A DNA stretch of 64,000 bases from a bacterium. Lineage in GTDB: Bacteria > Patescibacteriota > Minisyncoccia > UBA6257 > 2-01-FULL-56-20. Of this stretch, positions 26,036 to 36,254 are shown piece after piece. Location of the stretch: the NCBI GenBank assembly GCA_021827685.1, contig JAKAUM010000007.1, positions 9,842 to 73,841 on the forward strand, given 5' to 3'. Below the pieces are notes generated by a model. That model did not search any database. It was not told the origin of the DNA and was given only the letters and a program-made list of their open reading frames with translations. The position numbers were made by a program, and so were the translations under genes. How positions within the stretch are numbered: the stretch's first letter is position 1; each line of letters begins with the position of its first letter.

Positions 26036-28432
26036 CTACGCGACGATATTCACGAGTTTCTTCTCGACATAAATGACCTTTTGGGGCTCCTTGCCGGCGA
26101 GCGCGGCGCGCACTTTCGGATCGCCGAGCGCCAGCGCCTTCGCCTCGTCTCCGCCGATTGCCGCATCCGCCTCCGCCGTCCCGCGCACCTTTCCGTTCAC
26201 CTGGAACACAAGCGTGATCTTTTCAGCATTCGCGAGCGCCGAATCGGAGGAAGGCCACGGTTCGCGGTCGAGGCAGTTTTCATGGCCCCCGAGCGACCAC
26301 AATTCCTGCGCGAGGTGCGGCGCGAAGGGATACAGCATTTTGATAAAGCTCTCGGCGTCTTCGCGGACGGGCCGGTCCCCCGCTTCGAGATCGTTCAGCA
26401 GGATCATAAGCGTTGAGATTGCCGTGTTGAACTTAAATCGTTCGATGTCTCCGCCCACTTTTTTTATCGCCTTATGAACCGCCGGCGCGTTCTCTCCGCT
26501 CGGCGCCGCTACGGCACGCTCGCCCCACTTCCATACGCGGGAAAGGAAACGTTCCATCCCGAGGATGCCTTTCGGCTCCCACGGATGGGCATCCTCGAAA
26601 GGACCCATGAACATAAGATAGAGGCGTACGACATCGGCGCCGAATTCCTTTACCAAACCGTCCGGATTCACGACGTTCCCCTTGCTCTTCGACATTTTCT
26701 GGCCGTCGGCGCCGAGAATAAGCCCGACGTGCCTGAGGTTCGTAAACGGCTCGTCGAACGCGAGATAGCCCTCGTCATGCAGGAATTTCGTGATAAAGCG
26801 CGAATAAAGCAAATGCAGTACCGTATGCTCCGCGCCGATGACATAGAGGTCGACCGGGAGCCAGCGCCGCGCTTTCTCCTTGTCGAAAATCGCTTCTTCG
26901 TTGCGCGGGTCGGCGTAGCGGAGATAATACCACGACGAGTCCACGAAGGTGTCGAGCGTCTCCGGATCGCGCCGGGCCGCGCCGGCGCATTCCGGACATT
27001 TTACATCGATAAACTCCGGCGACCCGGCAAGCGGCGGCATGCCGCGCGGGCGGTAATTCTCCAGCTCGGGAAGGAGGACGGGGAGGTCCTTTTCGGGCAC
27101 CGGAACGATGCCGCATTTCGGACAATGGATCATCGGGATCGGCGCGCCCCAATAGCGCTGGCGCGAAACCGACCAGTCGCGGAGCTTGTATTGCGTTTTC
27201 ATCGTGCCGCGGACGAATTCGGCAATCGCTTTCTTCGCCTCCTCCGAATCCATGCCGTCGAACTTGCCGGAGCCGACGAGGCGGCCCGTGCCGACATAGG
27301 CGGCATCCAATACCGGACACACTGGTTCCGGATAGCGGCCGCAGACGACCTGCTTCACCGGCAGGCCGAACTTTTTTGCAAACTCGAAATCCCGCTCGTC
27401 GTGCGCCGGCACCGCCATAATGGCGCCCGTTCCGTAAGAACCGAGCACGTAGTCGGCGATCCAAACCGGAATTTCCTCCTTCGTGGCGGGATTCACGGCC
27501 CTCACTTCCTTCAATTCGACGCCGGTTTTTTCTTTGGCTGCTTCCTGCCGCATAAGCTCGGTCTTATGCGACGCTTCCTCGATATACCCCGCAACCTCTT
27601 TCCAATTCGCAATCTTCGGCTTCAGTTGCCCGACGAGCGGGTGTTCCGGCGCAAGCACTACGTAGGTCGCTCCGAAAAGCGTGTCGAGCCGCGTAGTGAA
27701 AACCTCGATCGATTCGGGGAAATCCGCGATCGGGAACCCGAGCAATGCGCCTTCGCTCTTTCCTATCCAGTCCTCCTGCCGCTTTACGGTCGCCGCGGGC
27801 CAGCCAAGCCCCTTCGCGCCGGCGAGCAGGCGCTCGGCATACGCCGTGATCCTTAGGAACCATTGTTCCATTTCCCGCTCTTCGATGAGCGCGCCGCACC
27901 GTTCGCATTTTCCCTCTATCACCTGTTCGTTCGCAAGCACGGTCTGGTCCTGCGGGCACCAGTTGACGCGCGCCTTCGCGCGGTACGCAAGCCCCTTTTT
28001 ATAGAGCTTTATGAAGAGCCACTGCGTCCATCGGTAATATTCCGGCGACGACGTATTTATCTCGCGATCCCAATCATAAGAAAGACCGAGGAGCCGCACC
28101 TGGCGCCGGAAGTTGTCGATGTTTTCCGCGGCGACTTCCTTCGGCGATTTCCCTATTTTTATCGCGTAGTTTTCGGTAGGGAGGCCGAACGCGTCCCACC
28201 CCATCGTATAGAGCACCTCCCGGCCGCGCATGCGCATATAGCGGGCATGGATATCCTCCGCGGTATAGCCCTTTGGATGTCCCATATGGATGCCTGCCGC
28301 CGAGGGATATGGGAACGTTTCCAGCTGATAATATTTTGGCTTCCGCGAACCGTCGTCGGCGCGGAAAATCCCCCCTTCAAGCCATTTTTTCTGCCATTTC
28401 GCTTCGATGCGCGCGGGGTCGTACTTTGACAT
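26036..28432 (-). CDS. leuS: Leucyl-tRNA synthetase
   Basis: HMGH (HIGH) and KMSKSKGN motifs; 798 aa. Confidence 0.95.
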   Translation of the reverse strand: MSKYDPARIEAKWQKKWLEGGIFRADDGSRKPKYYQLETFPYPSAAGIHMGHPKGYTAEDIHARYMRMRGREVLYTMGWDAFGLPTENYAIKIGKSPKEVAAENIDNFRRQVRLLGLSYDWDREINTSSPEYYRWTQWLFIKLYKKGLAYRAKARVNWCPQDQTVLANEQVIEGKCERCGALIEEREMEQWFLRITAYAERLLAGAKGLGWPAATVKRQEDWIGKSEGALLGFPIADFPESIEVFTTRLDTLFGATYVVLAPEHPLVGQLKPKIANWKEVAGYIEEASHKTELMRQEAAKEKTGVELKEVRAVNPATKEEIPVWIADYVLGSYGTGAIMAVPAHDERDFEFAKKFGLPVKQVVCGRYPEPVCPVLDAAYVGTGRLVGSGKFDGMDSEEAKKAIAEFVRGTMKTQYKLRDWSVSRQRYWGAPIPMIHCPKCGIVPVPEKDLPVLLPELENYRPRGMPPLAGSPEFIDVKCPECAGAARRDPETLDTFVDSSWYYLRYADPRNEEAIFDKEKARRWLPVDLYVIGAEHTVLHLLYSRFITKFLHDEGYLAFDEPFTNLRHVGLILGADGQKMSKSKGNVVNPDGLVKEFGADVVRLYLMFMGPFEDAHPWEPKGILGMERFLSRVWKWGERAVAAPSGENAPAVHKAIKKVGGDIERFKFNTAISTLMILLNDLEAGDRPVREDAESFIKMLYPFAPHLAQELWSLGGHENCLDREPWPSSDSALANAEKITLVFQVNGKVRGTAEADAAIGGDEAKALALGDPKVRAALAGKEPQKVIYVEKKLVNIVA

Positions 28433-28469
28433 GATTACTTCCCCATTGTATGCCGGAACGCCTGTTTTC

Positions 28470-29351
28470 TCAACTTATTTTGAATATCCGCCGGGCGTTT
28501 TCCATGATCTGCGACGCCATCTCTTCCCGCGGAATGCCCTTAAGCTCCGCGAGTCGCTTCACCACTTCCGCGACGTAAGCCGGCTCGTTGCGCCTGCCGC
28601 GCCACGGCGCGGGCGCCACGTAGGGAGCATCCGTCTCGGAGAGAATCCGGTCCGCGGGAATCATCCTCACGAGCGCGTCGTAATCGCCCTCCGCGCGGCC
28701 CTTCCTCGGAGGGAAGGTGACGGCGCCGCCGAACGTAAACGAGAAACCGAGCGCGAGGAGCTCGCGCGCGTCATCCGCGCCGCCGGCGAAAAAATGGATG
28801 ACGCCCGGCCCTCCCGCGCCGGCCGCGCGGAGCTCCCCGCGGCGCTCCTTCAATATCGCAATGAGGTCCGGGAACGCATTCCGGCAATGGATCATAAGAG
28901 GTTTCCCGGCCTCGCGCGCAAGCGCGATCTGCGCCGTAAAGGCCGCCTCCTGTTTTTTCCTCTGCGCTTCCTGCGGCTCGCCTTCGTGAAAGCGAAAATA
29001 GTCCAGGCCGCATTCGCCGATCGCGACCGTTTTCGGATGCGCGGCAAGGGCGCGGTATGCCTCCGCAACGAATACCTCGCCGCGGGAGGTGAACGCCTTC
29101 GCCGCCTCTCCCCCGCCAAGCTCGTTCTCGTCGTGGCGGGAACGGCTCGTATGGACGGGATGGAGTCCGACTGCGGCGTAGACGCCTTCATGCGCCTCCG
29201 CAAGCGCGACCGCGGCGCGGGAGGTATCGATTTGCGTACCCACGCTCACGAACCGCACGCCCGCCGCGCGCGCCCGCGCCACCGCTTCTGTGCGGTCGGC
29301 ATCGAAGGCGGAAAACTGCACGTGCGCATGGGCGTCGAATAGTTCCATCAA
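28470..29351 (-). CDS. TatD-family metal-dependent hydrolase/DNase
   Basis: DAHAHV, GECGLDY, IHCR, ETDAPY motifs. Confidence 0.85.
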   Translation of the reverse strand: MMELFDAHAHVQFSAFDADRTEAVARARAAGVRFVSVGTQIDTSRAAVALAEAHEGVYAAVGLHPVHTSRSRHDENELGGGEAAKAFTSRGEVFVAEAYRALAAHPKTVAIGECGLDYFRFHEGEPQEAQRKKQEAAFTAQIALAREAGKPLMIHCRNAFPDLIAILKERRGELRAAGAGGPGVIHFFAGGADDARELLALGFSFTFGGAVTFPPRKGRAEGDYDALVRMIPADRILSETDAPYVAPAPWRGRRNEPAYVAEVVKRLAELKGIPREEMASQIMENARRIFKIS

Positions 29352-29360
29352 TATGGCGCG

Positions 29361-30794
29361 CTACGCAATCCTCGGGAACAGCGCCGGTATTTTCCGCGCC
29401 CTGAGGACCGCGCCGTCGCGGATGAACGCCTCTTTTATCTTCGCCGAAGTGGAAGGAAGGAACGGATCAAGCGTCTCGGCCGCGCCCTCAAGAAGCGCCG
29501 CGAGGTTGGAAAGCGCCCTTCGGCGCTCCGCCGGATCTTTTATCTCCCAGACCTTCTTTTCATTTATATACCGATCGCCGAATGCGATGGCCTTCCAGAC
29601 CGCCGCAAGCGCGTCGCCGAACCTGAACTCTCCCGTCTTTTCGGCGGCCGCCCGGCGCATCTCCGCGATCGCCTGGCCGAAGCCGTCATCGGTTTCCGCC
29701 GGCGCGAGCTCTTCTTTTTCCGCGAGCGCGAGCACGCGCGCCGCGAAATTGCCGAGTCCGTTCGCAAGATCGCCGTTATAGCGCTCGCGGAGCTTTTCTT
29801 CGGAAAAATCGCCGTCCTCGCCGTAGGGCGTCTCGCGCAGGAGGAAATAGCGCAGGGCGTCCGCGCCGTAGCGCTCCGCAAGCGCGAGCGGGTCGACGGC
29901 GTTGCCGAGCGACTTGCCCATCTTCACGCCGCCCGCCGTGAGGAATCCGTTCGCGATAATCTGGCCGGGCAGAGGCAGGCCGGCCGACATGAGCATGGCG
30001 GGCCAGATCACCGCATGGAACCGAAGGATGTCCTTCCCTACCGCATGAATATCGGCCGGATGCTCCTCCCATCCCTCGATGCCCCCCGCCCCGGTCGCGT
30101 AGCTCACGAGCGCGTCCGCCCAGACGTAAATCGACTGATGAGGGTCGTCCGGCACCGGGATCCCCCACTCGCGGCCTTCGCGGGAAAAGCTCACGTCTTC
30201 CAGCCCGTTTTCGACGAAGCTTTTTACCTCGCTGAACCGGCGCGCGGGCGCCACGAAATCGCCGTGCGCGGCGTAAAGATCCATAAGCGGCTTCTGATAT
30301 CTTGAAAGGCGGAAATAGTAATTTTCCTCGGATACGAATTCCGGCTTCGTGGCGTGATCGGGACAGAGCCCTTCGGGCGTGAGTTCGTCTTCCTTGAGGA
30401 AAGATTCGTGCCCTTTGCAATAAAGACCTTCGTACTTGCCGCGGTAGAGATCGCCCGCCGCGTCCATCCTCTTCCAAAACTCCCTTACGGTTTCGAGGTG
30501 CCGATCCTCCGTCGTACGCATAAAATCGGTGTTCGATATGCCGAGCTTCCGCCACGCGGCTTCCCATATTTCCGCCATGCGATCCAGGTACGGCTGGATT
30601 TCTTCGCCTTCTTTCTTTGCCGCGTCCACCGTTTTCTGGGAATTCTCGTCCACGCCCGTGGAAAAGACGACCTCCATCCCCTGCGCGGCGCGCCAACGCG
30701 CGAGGACGTCCGCCACGACGGTCGTATAGGCATGGCCTATATGCGGCTTGCCGTTTACGTAATAAATCGGTGTGGTGATATAGAACTTGTCCAT
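29361..30794 (-). CDS. metG: Methionyl-tRNA synthetase (short form)
   Basis: PHIGHAYT (HIGH), KMGKSLGN (KMSKS). Confidence 0.9.
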   Translation of the reverse strand: MDKFYITTPIYYVNGKPHIGHAYTTVVADVLARWRAAQGMEVVFSTGVDENSQKTVDAAKKEGEEIQPYLDRMAEIWEAAWRKLGISNTDFMRTTEDRHLETVREFWKRMDAAGDLYRGKYEGLYCKGHESFLKEDELTPEGLCPDHATKPEFVSEENYYFRLSRYQKPLMDLYAAHGDFVAPARRFSEVKSFVENGLEDVSFSREGREWGIPVPDDPHQSIYVWADALVSYATGAGGIEGWEEHPADIHAVGKDILRFHAVIWPAMLMSAGLPLPGQIIANGFLTAGGVKMGKSLGNAVDPLALAERYGADALRYFLLRETPYGEDGDFSEEKLRERYNGDLANGLGNFAARVLALAEKEELAPAETDDGFGQAIAEMRRAAAEKTGEFRFGDALAAVWKAIAFGDRYINEKKVWEIKDPAERRRALSNLAALLEGAAETLDPFLPSTSAKIKEAFIRDGAVLRARKIPALFPRIA

Positions 30795-30834
30795 GCGTTA
30801 ATGGAATTTTAACACGAGGCGGCGGCGCGGAGGC

Positions 30835-31851
30835 CTATGCGGGCGCCCCGCGGCGCTTCGTAGACCACTCCTGGATGACTTCCTGGAAGATGCCGGCGGC
30901 CGGGACGGAAATGATGATGCCGAGCACGCCCGCCACTTCCGCCCCGATAAGGAGGGCGACGATCACGATCACGGGATGGATTCCCACGATCTGCTGGTTC
31001 AAGAGCGGCACGAGCACGTTCGCCTCGAACTGCTCCGCGATGACAAAAAAGATGAGCGTGTAGAACGCGAGCGTAGCGGAGGTCGAGAGGGCGGCGATGA
31101 CGGCGAGCGCGCCCGAGAGGAACGGCCCCACGAACGGGACGATCTCGAAGATGCCCGCGAGGAACGCGATGAGAAGCGCGTATTTCACGTGCAGGAGCGT
31201 AAGTCCCGCCCATACGGTAAAGCCGAAGATGAGCGAGAGGAGGATCTGCGTCCGGAACCAATTGCTGATAAGCTTGCGCGAACGCTCATAGATGCGGAGC
31301 GCCGTCGATTCGTACGCGGGCGGAATGACCACCTTAAGGAAGCGTTCGACGCCGTCCCTGCTCAAGCTCAGGTAGAACGAAGAGAGAATGACCGCGACCG
31401 CAAGGCCGACGCTTCCGACCGCGTTCGAGAAAAATGTAAACGGCGAGCTGCCGGAGAAGAGGGCCGAGGAAATGCTCTGAAGTTTGGCCTGCGGCGATTG
31501 CGGCCCGCTTAAATGGAAGAACGCGCCGAGCCCCCCGCCGAGGGAGGACGCGATGCCGGTACCGGAAAAAATCGAGTTGAGCTCCACGAGCACGATCGGC
31601 GCGACGGAATAAACGATGAAGATGAAAGCGGAGGCGATGCCGAGGAAAACGAGGATGACGCTCACGCTGCGCGGAATCCCGATTTTCCCGACGAAGTTGA
31701 TGAGCCCTTCAAGGCCCGACGAGATGATGATGGCGAGAAAGAGCCCGAGCAGGATCTGGCGCCCGGCATAAAAGACGGCGACGAGCATGACGAAAAGCAG
31801 GATCCGCCAGAGGCTCCCCCATGAAATTTCAAACATCGGCCTGGACTCCAT
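30835..31851 (-). CDS. AI-2E family transporter (UPF0118/PerM-like)
   Basis: 8-TM topology and family-typical N-terminus. Confidence 0.8.
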   Translation of the reverse strand: MESRPMFEISWGSLWRILLFVMLVAVFYAGRQILLGLFLAIIISSGLEGLINFVGKIGIPRSVSVILVFLGIASAFIFIVYSVAPIVLVELNSIFSGTGIASSLGGGLGAFFHLSGPQSPQAKLQSISSALFSGSSPFTFFSNAVGSVGLAVAVILSSFYLSLSRDGVERFLKVVIPPAYESTALRIYERSRKLISNWFRTQILLSLIFGFTVWAGLTLLHVKYALLIAFLAGIFEIVPFVGPFLSGALAVIAALSTSATLAFYTLIFFVIAEQFEANVLVPLLNQQIVGIHPVIVIVALLIGAEVAGVLGIIISVPAAGIFQEVIQEWSTKRRGAPA

Positions 31852-31856
31852 TTTGC

Positions 31857-33137
31857 TTAATTTTTGGGGAATTGAAGTAGTTTTTCGAAAGCGGATTCAT
31901 TCCGGTGCGGGCCGATGATGGCGAGATTCGCGCCCCGCTCCTTCAGCACGGCGCGGGCGGCGGCGCGGACCTCGGCCGCCGTAACACCGTTTATTCTATC
32001 TATAATCGTTTCCGGCGGCAACGGGTTACGCGTCATGATCTCCTGCTCGCCGTAGAAGCCCCCGAGCTCGTCGGCGGTTTCAAGTCCGAGGATGAGCCCT
32101 CCGGTCAGATGGTCCTTTGAACGGGCGAGTTCCGCGGGCGGCACGGGCTCGTTCCGGAGCCGCAGGCATTCTTCCATAATGGCGCCTATGACCGCATGCG
32201 TCCGCGCGTGATCCGCGCCCGCCGCCACCGTAAAAAGGCCGTGATCCAGCGAGAAATCGGCGTCCGCGGAGATATAGTAGGCCGCGCCGAGCTCTTCCCT
32301 CACCCGCTTCCAGAGGCGCGAGCTCATGCCGCCTCCGAGAACATCCGCGAGCACCTGGAGCGCGTAACGCCGCCTGTCGAAGATATCCCACCCGCGGAAG
32401 CCGAGGACCAGGTGACTTTGGCCCGACTCCTTGAAGGACAACCTGATCCGCGGCCGCGCCTCGTGCGCGCGGACGGGCGGCTTCTTTTTCGGCGCCCGGC
32501 GGGGAAGGACGCCCATTGTCGCGCGGATTGCCTTAACCGCCGATTTTTCATCGAATTTCCCTGACATCACGACGACCGTGGCGGGCGCCGCGTACCGCGC
32601 CTCGCGGTATCTTATGAAGTCCTCCCTTCCCAGCCGCCGGATCACGTCTTTTTCCCCGTCCACGCGCCATCCCGCCGGCTGATCGCCGTGGACGAGCTCG
32701 AGAAAAAGATCGTGCACGCGCCGCATCGGCATGTCTTCATACATATTCATCTCTTCTATAACGACGCCGCGCTCTTTTTCTATCTCTTCCGGCGCAAAAA
32801 GCGGGTTCAGATAGAGATCGGCGACGATATCCAGTATTTTCGGGAATTTCGCCGCGGCCGCCTTCGCCCAATAGCCGGTGAGCTCCTGCGACGTGAAAGC
32901 GTTGAACTGGGCGCCGAGCGCGGTGAGCTCTTCCGCAATCATCCCCGGCCGCGGCCGCCGCGCGGTGCCCTTGAACACCATATGCTCGAGGAAATGAGAA
33001 AGGCCGTTGATTTTTTTCGTCTCATATTCGGAGCCCGCCTCCACGAGGATATAGATGCTCGCTGCGACGCTCGATGCGCGCGGCGCGAGCACCAGGCGGA
33101 GGCCGTTTGGAAGCGTTATTTTCTTAAACGGCCTCAT
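31857..33137 (-). CDS. M16-family zinc peptidase (insulinase-like)
   Basis: HFLEHMVFKGT inverted zincin HxxEH motif. Confidence 0.85.
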   Translation of the reverse strand: MRPFKKITLPNGLRLVLAPRASSVAASIYILVEAGSEYETKKINGLSHFLEHMVFKGTARRPRPGMIAEELTALGAQFNAFTSQELTGYWAKAAAAKFPKILDIVADLYLNPLFAPEEIEKERGVVIEEMNMYEDMPMRRVHDLFLELVHGDQPAGWRVDGEKDVIRRLGREDFIRYREARYAAPATVVVMSGKFDEKSAVKAIRATMGVLPRRAPKKKPPVRAHEARPRIRLSFKESGQSHLVLGFRGWDIFDRRRYALQVLADVLGGGMSSRLWKRVREELGAAYYISADADFSLDHGLFTVAAGADHARTHAVIGAIMEECLRLRNEPVPPAELARSKDHLTGGLILGLETADELGGFYGEQEIMTRNPLPPETIIDRINGVTAAEVRAAARAVLKERGANLAIIGPHRNESAFEKLLQFPKN

Positions 33138-34615
33138 GACGTGATGGTCTTAATGTCTCCCGCGAAGCTCTGCGCCCGTTCGACCACCGCTTCCCCGTAG
33201 GTCCAAAGATAGTTCCGCCACCGCGACCCGGCGTAGTATTTCGCCGCGGTACAGCGCTCCTGGCTGATCGCGTTCCCGTAAATCGCCTTGCATCCCGCCA
33301 TCGCGTCATTCAGATAAAGCGCGGTTGCGACGAATGCATCCGCATTGTTCCACGGCGACGCGGGGCTGTCGCCCGTAACGGTAGAAACCTCGTTCGCATA
33401 GAGATTCCATGTGGAAGGAATGAACTGGGCCGGCCCCATCGCGCCGCCGTACGCTCCGTCGGCGTTGGGGCAGGATACCATCATCGTATTCGGATCAAGT
33501 TTCAGCGATGCCGTGAGATTGAGAAAAAGCGGAATGTCCAGCGGATTCATCGCGGTCCGGTAGCTGCACTGGCCGACGTTCTGGCCGAGCGCCGACTCGC
33601 GGTCCAGGACCGCGAGGATGAACGCCGGGTCGATGCCCGTGGCGCCCGAGGCAAGTTTCGCATACTGATAGGCATCGCCGAAAGAAAGCTGGCCGCCGCC
33701 CAGAAGCTGGAAGATGTGGCTCCGCACCTGAGCCGCCGTTTCCTTGGTCTTTTGAAGCAGTACCAGGTAGCGCGACTCCTGTCCCCGCGTCGCGGCGAGA
33801 AGCTGGGCTTTTTCATTCTTTGTGCCTGCCACCTCGGCTGCCTGCGCGGCTTGATACTGCGCGGCGCTCGATGCGTCGGCCTTGGATGCTTCGAATTGGT
33901 GCTCTTGATCCGTAAGCTGGCCCTGGAGATCCGTCACCTGCTGTACCGCGATGCGCAAATTGTCCTGCAGGAGGAGCACGTCCTGGCTGTCGCTCCAAAA
34001 ATCGGAAAGGCGGGGGTCGCGCAGGAATATTTCCATGAGGTTCAGATGGTCGTTTTGATATATGGCCTGCATAAGCCCCCCGATCGCCGATTCCTTATTC
34101 GCGATATCCGACTGCGTGCTCGTGATTTCCGACTGGGTGCTCGTGATTTCCTGATCAAGCTCCTGCATCGTGAGCCGGGTCGCCTTAATCTGGAGATTGA
34201 GCCGCGCGATTTTCGCGTTCAGCATATCGATTTCCCCCTGGAGCGTGTTGCCCTGGCTTTCGTAACTTGAAACCTGGCCTTCGTACTGGTTGATCTGGCC
34301 CTCTAGCTGTTGGAGTTCGCCCTGAAGCGCCGCCTGTTCCGCAGCGGTGCTCGTCGAGGTCGCCGTGTCTCCGGCCGCGTTCGGCAGGAGTATAGGGGCG
34401 GCCACCGAGCCGAGCGCGAGGTACAGGCCGCCGATCGCCGCAATAAAGATTTTCGAGGCGCGCGCGAAGGGAAAATGGATCGTGCGGCGCCTTCCCGCGC
34501 CGATGAAATTCAGGCGTTGAGGAAGCGCCTCGAACGCGTTCCAGCGCCGTGCGCGGGCGCGCCCGCTGGGCGCGACATCTCCAAGCACCCTTGGCTTCAA
34601 AGGCCTCTGCATCAC
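33134..34615 (-). CDS. Membrane-anchored coiled-coil protein with C-terminal SLT-type lytic transglycosylase domain
   Basis: N-terminal TM, long Q/E-rich coiled coil, C-terminal ILAVLDRES...GAMGPAQF...AYNAG-like SLT motifs; 4-nt overlap with the M16 gene. Confidence 0.6.
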   Translation of the reverse strand: MMQRPLKPRVLGDVAPSGRARARRWNAFEALPQRLNFIGAGRRRTIHFPFARASKIFIAAIGGLYLALGSVAAPILLPNAAGDTATSTSTAAEQAALQGELQQLEGQINQYEGQVSSYESQGNTLQGEIDMLNAKIARLNLQIKATRLTMQELDQEITSTQSEITSTQSDIANKESAIGGLMQAIYQNDHLNLMEIFLRDPRLSDFWSDSQDVLLLQDNLRIAVQQVTDLQGQLTDQEHQFEASKADASSAAQYQAAQAAEVAGTKNEKAQLLAATRGQESRYLVLLQKTKETAAQVRSHIFQLLGGGQLSFGDAYQYAKLASGATGIDPAFILAVLDRESALGQNVGQCSYRTAMNPLDIPLFLNLTASLKLDPNTMMVSCPNADGAYGGAMGPAQFIPSTWNLYANEVSTVTGDSPASPWNNADAFVATALYLNDAMAGCKAIYGNAISQERCTAAKYYAGSRWRNYLWTYGEAVVERAQSFAGDIKTITS

Positions 34616-34634
34616 CTATTATTATAGCAGGTCG

Positions 34635-35324
34635 CTATTTCGCTTCGGAATCCGAGGCTTTCTCGGCCTGGCGCTCCGCTTTCTTCTCTTCCGATTCAAC
34701 TTTCACGGCCGAAACATCCCCGACCGCCTCTGCCGCGGGCGCCGCTTCCTCTTCGGGCGCGGGCGGCGTAGCCGTCGCAATCGCGGTATCGCCTCCCACA
34801 AGCAACGTCACGCTTTTCGGCACCGCGAGGTCGCGGACATAAACGCTCTTGTCGATCTCGTCGAGCGCCGAAAGGTCTACCTGCAGGCTGTGAGGCAGGT
34901 CCTGCGGCAGGGCCTCCACCTCGATTTCGGTCATGGATTTATTGAGCACGCCTCCTTTTACCTTGACGGCGGGCGCCTCCCCGACGAATTCCAGGGGAAC
35001 TTTCGCCCTGATCTTTTCGTCAAGCCGGACCTGATAAAAATCCACATGCGCGGGCTCCCCGGTCAGCAGGTCGCACGCGACGTCATGGATCAGGATCGGG
35101 CGCTTCTCGCCGCCCATTGCGAGCGTGACTATCGTGTTGGTGCCCGCTTCCTTGAAAACCTTTCCGAATTCCTTCGCCGAGACGGAAAGGTGCCGGTTCT
35201 CCACTCCGCGGCCATAGAGTTCCGCGGGAACAAGGCCCTCCTTCCGGAGCGCTTTCACTTGTTTGCCGAATTTATCCCGCGCGGTCGCCGTTAATTCCAT
35301 GGCCAATAGTGTAGCAGATTGCAA
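34635..35324 (-). CDS. rplY: 50S ribosomal protein L25 / general stress protein Ctc
   Basis: L25 N-terminal domain plus acidic C-terminal extension. Confidence 0.85.
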   Translation of the reverse strand: MQSATLLAMELTATARDKFGKQVKALRKEGLVPAELYGRGVENRHLSVSAKEFGKVFKEAGTNTIVTLAMGGEKRPILIHDVACDLLTGEPAHVDFYQVRLDEKIRAKVPLEFVGEAPAVKVKGGVLNKSMTEIEVEALPQDLPHSLQVDLSALDEIDKSVYVRDLAVPKSVTLLVGGDTAIATATPPAPEEEAAPAAEAVGDVSAVKVESEEKKAERQAEKASDSEAK

Positions 35325-35348
35325 AAATTCCGCAACCGCGGCGCGGCC

Positions 35349-36233
35349 TCACGCGGCGTTAAAGAGCCGCAGGCGATCAAGCACGATTTTTCTTATTCCC
35401 TCCGCCGCGGGCGGGAGGATCTTATAAGGCGCAATTTCTTCCGGCTTCTCTTTCAGCCCCTCTTCCACGCCGCGCCGCCAGGCAAGGCGCAGTTCGCTTG
35501 AAACATGGATGATGGTCATCCCCGCCTTCGCCGCCGCGGTGAAATCCGCGTCCTCGGTGCCCGAACCGCCGTGCGAAGTCATGAAGCGGCATCCGGCCGC
35601 GCCGATCGCCGCCTTGATCTCGGCGATGCGGGGGATGTCGAGGCGCTTGCGCGCCGTGCCCGAGACCATGGATTTCAGAAGCCCATGCATATTCCCCACG
35701 GCGGGCGCCAGTACGTCGACGCCTGTCGCTTTCACGAACTCAACCGCTTCCTCCGGCGTCGAAAGAACGAGGTCCGGTTTTTCCGCAATGACTTCAGAAT
35801 CCGCGCCGATGTACCCGATCTCGCCCTCAACTACGATATCCTTCCCGATGCCCCGTCCGGCTTCCCTCGCGATGCGCGCCGCCTCCGCGGTCTGCTTTAT
35901 ATTCTCTTCGCGCGGGAGCGCCGATCCGTCGAACAGAATTTCATCGAAGCCCGCCTCGGCCGCCTCGCGGACCTTGTCCAGCGAATGCGTGTGATCGGCA
36001 TTTAGAAAAATCGGATAGTCGAATTCTTCGCGCAAAGATCTCACGAGCGCCGCCGCGCGGCGCACGCCGATGAACGCCCGCTCCCCTTCCGAAACGCCGA
36101 TGATGACGGGAAAGTTGAGCTCGCGGGCGGCGGCGAAAATACCGTTCAGCGCCGCGAGTTCGGCAATATTGAAATGGCCCACCGCGACGCGGCGGGCGTC
36201 GGCATCTTCGAGGATTTCACGGAGGCCTTTCAT
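35349..36233 (-). CDS. fba: Class II fructose-bisphosphate aldolase
   Basis: VAVGHFNI, NADHTHS, HGGSG class II aldolase motifs. Confidence 0.8.
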   Translation of the reverse strand: MKGLREILEDADARRVAVGHFNIAELAALNGIFAAARELNFPVIIGVSEGERAFIGVRRAAALVRSLREEFDYPIFLNADHTHSLDKVREAAEAGFDEILFDGSALPREENIKQTAEAARIAREAGRGIGKDIVVEGEIGYIGADSEVIAEKPDLVLSTPEEAVEFVKATGVDVLAPAVGNMHGLLKSMVSGTARKRLDIPRIAEIKAAIGAAGCRFMTSHGGSGTEDADFTAAAKAGMTIIHVSSELRLAWRRGVEEGLKEKPEEIAPYKILPPAAEGIRKIVLDRLRLFNAA

Positions 36234-36254
36234 AAGTGCGGATACGGCGGCGGG

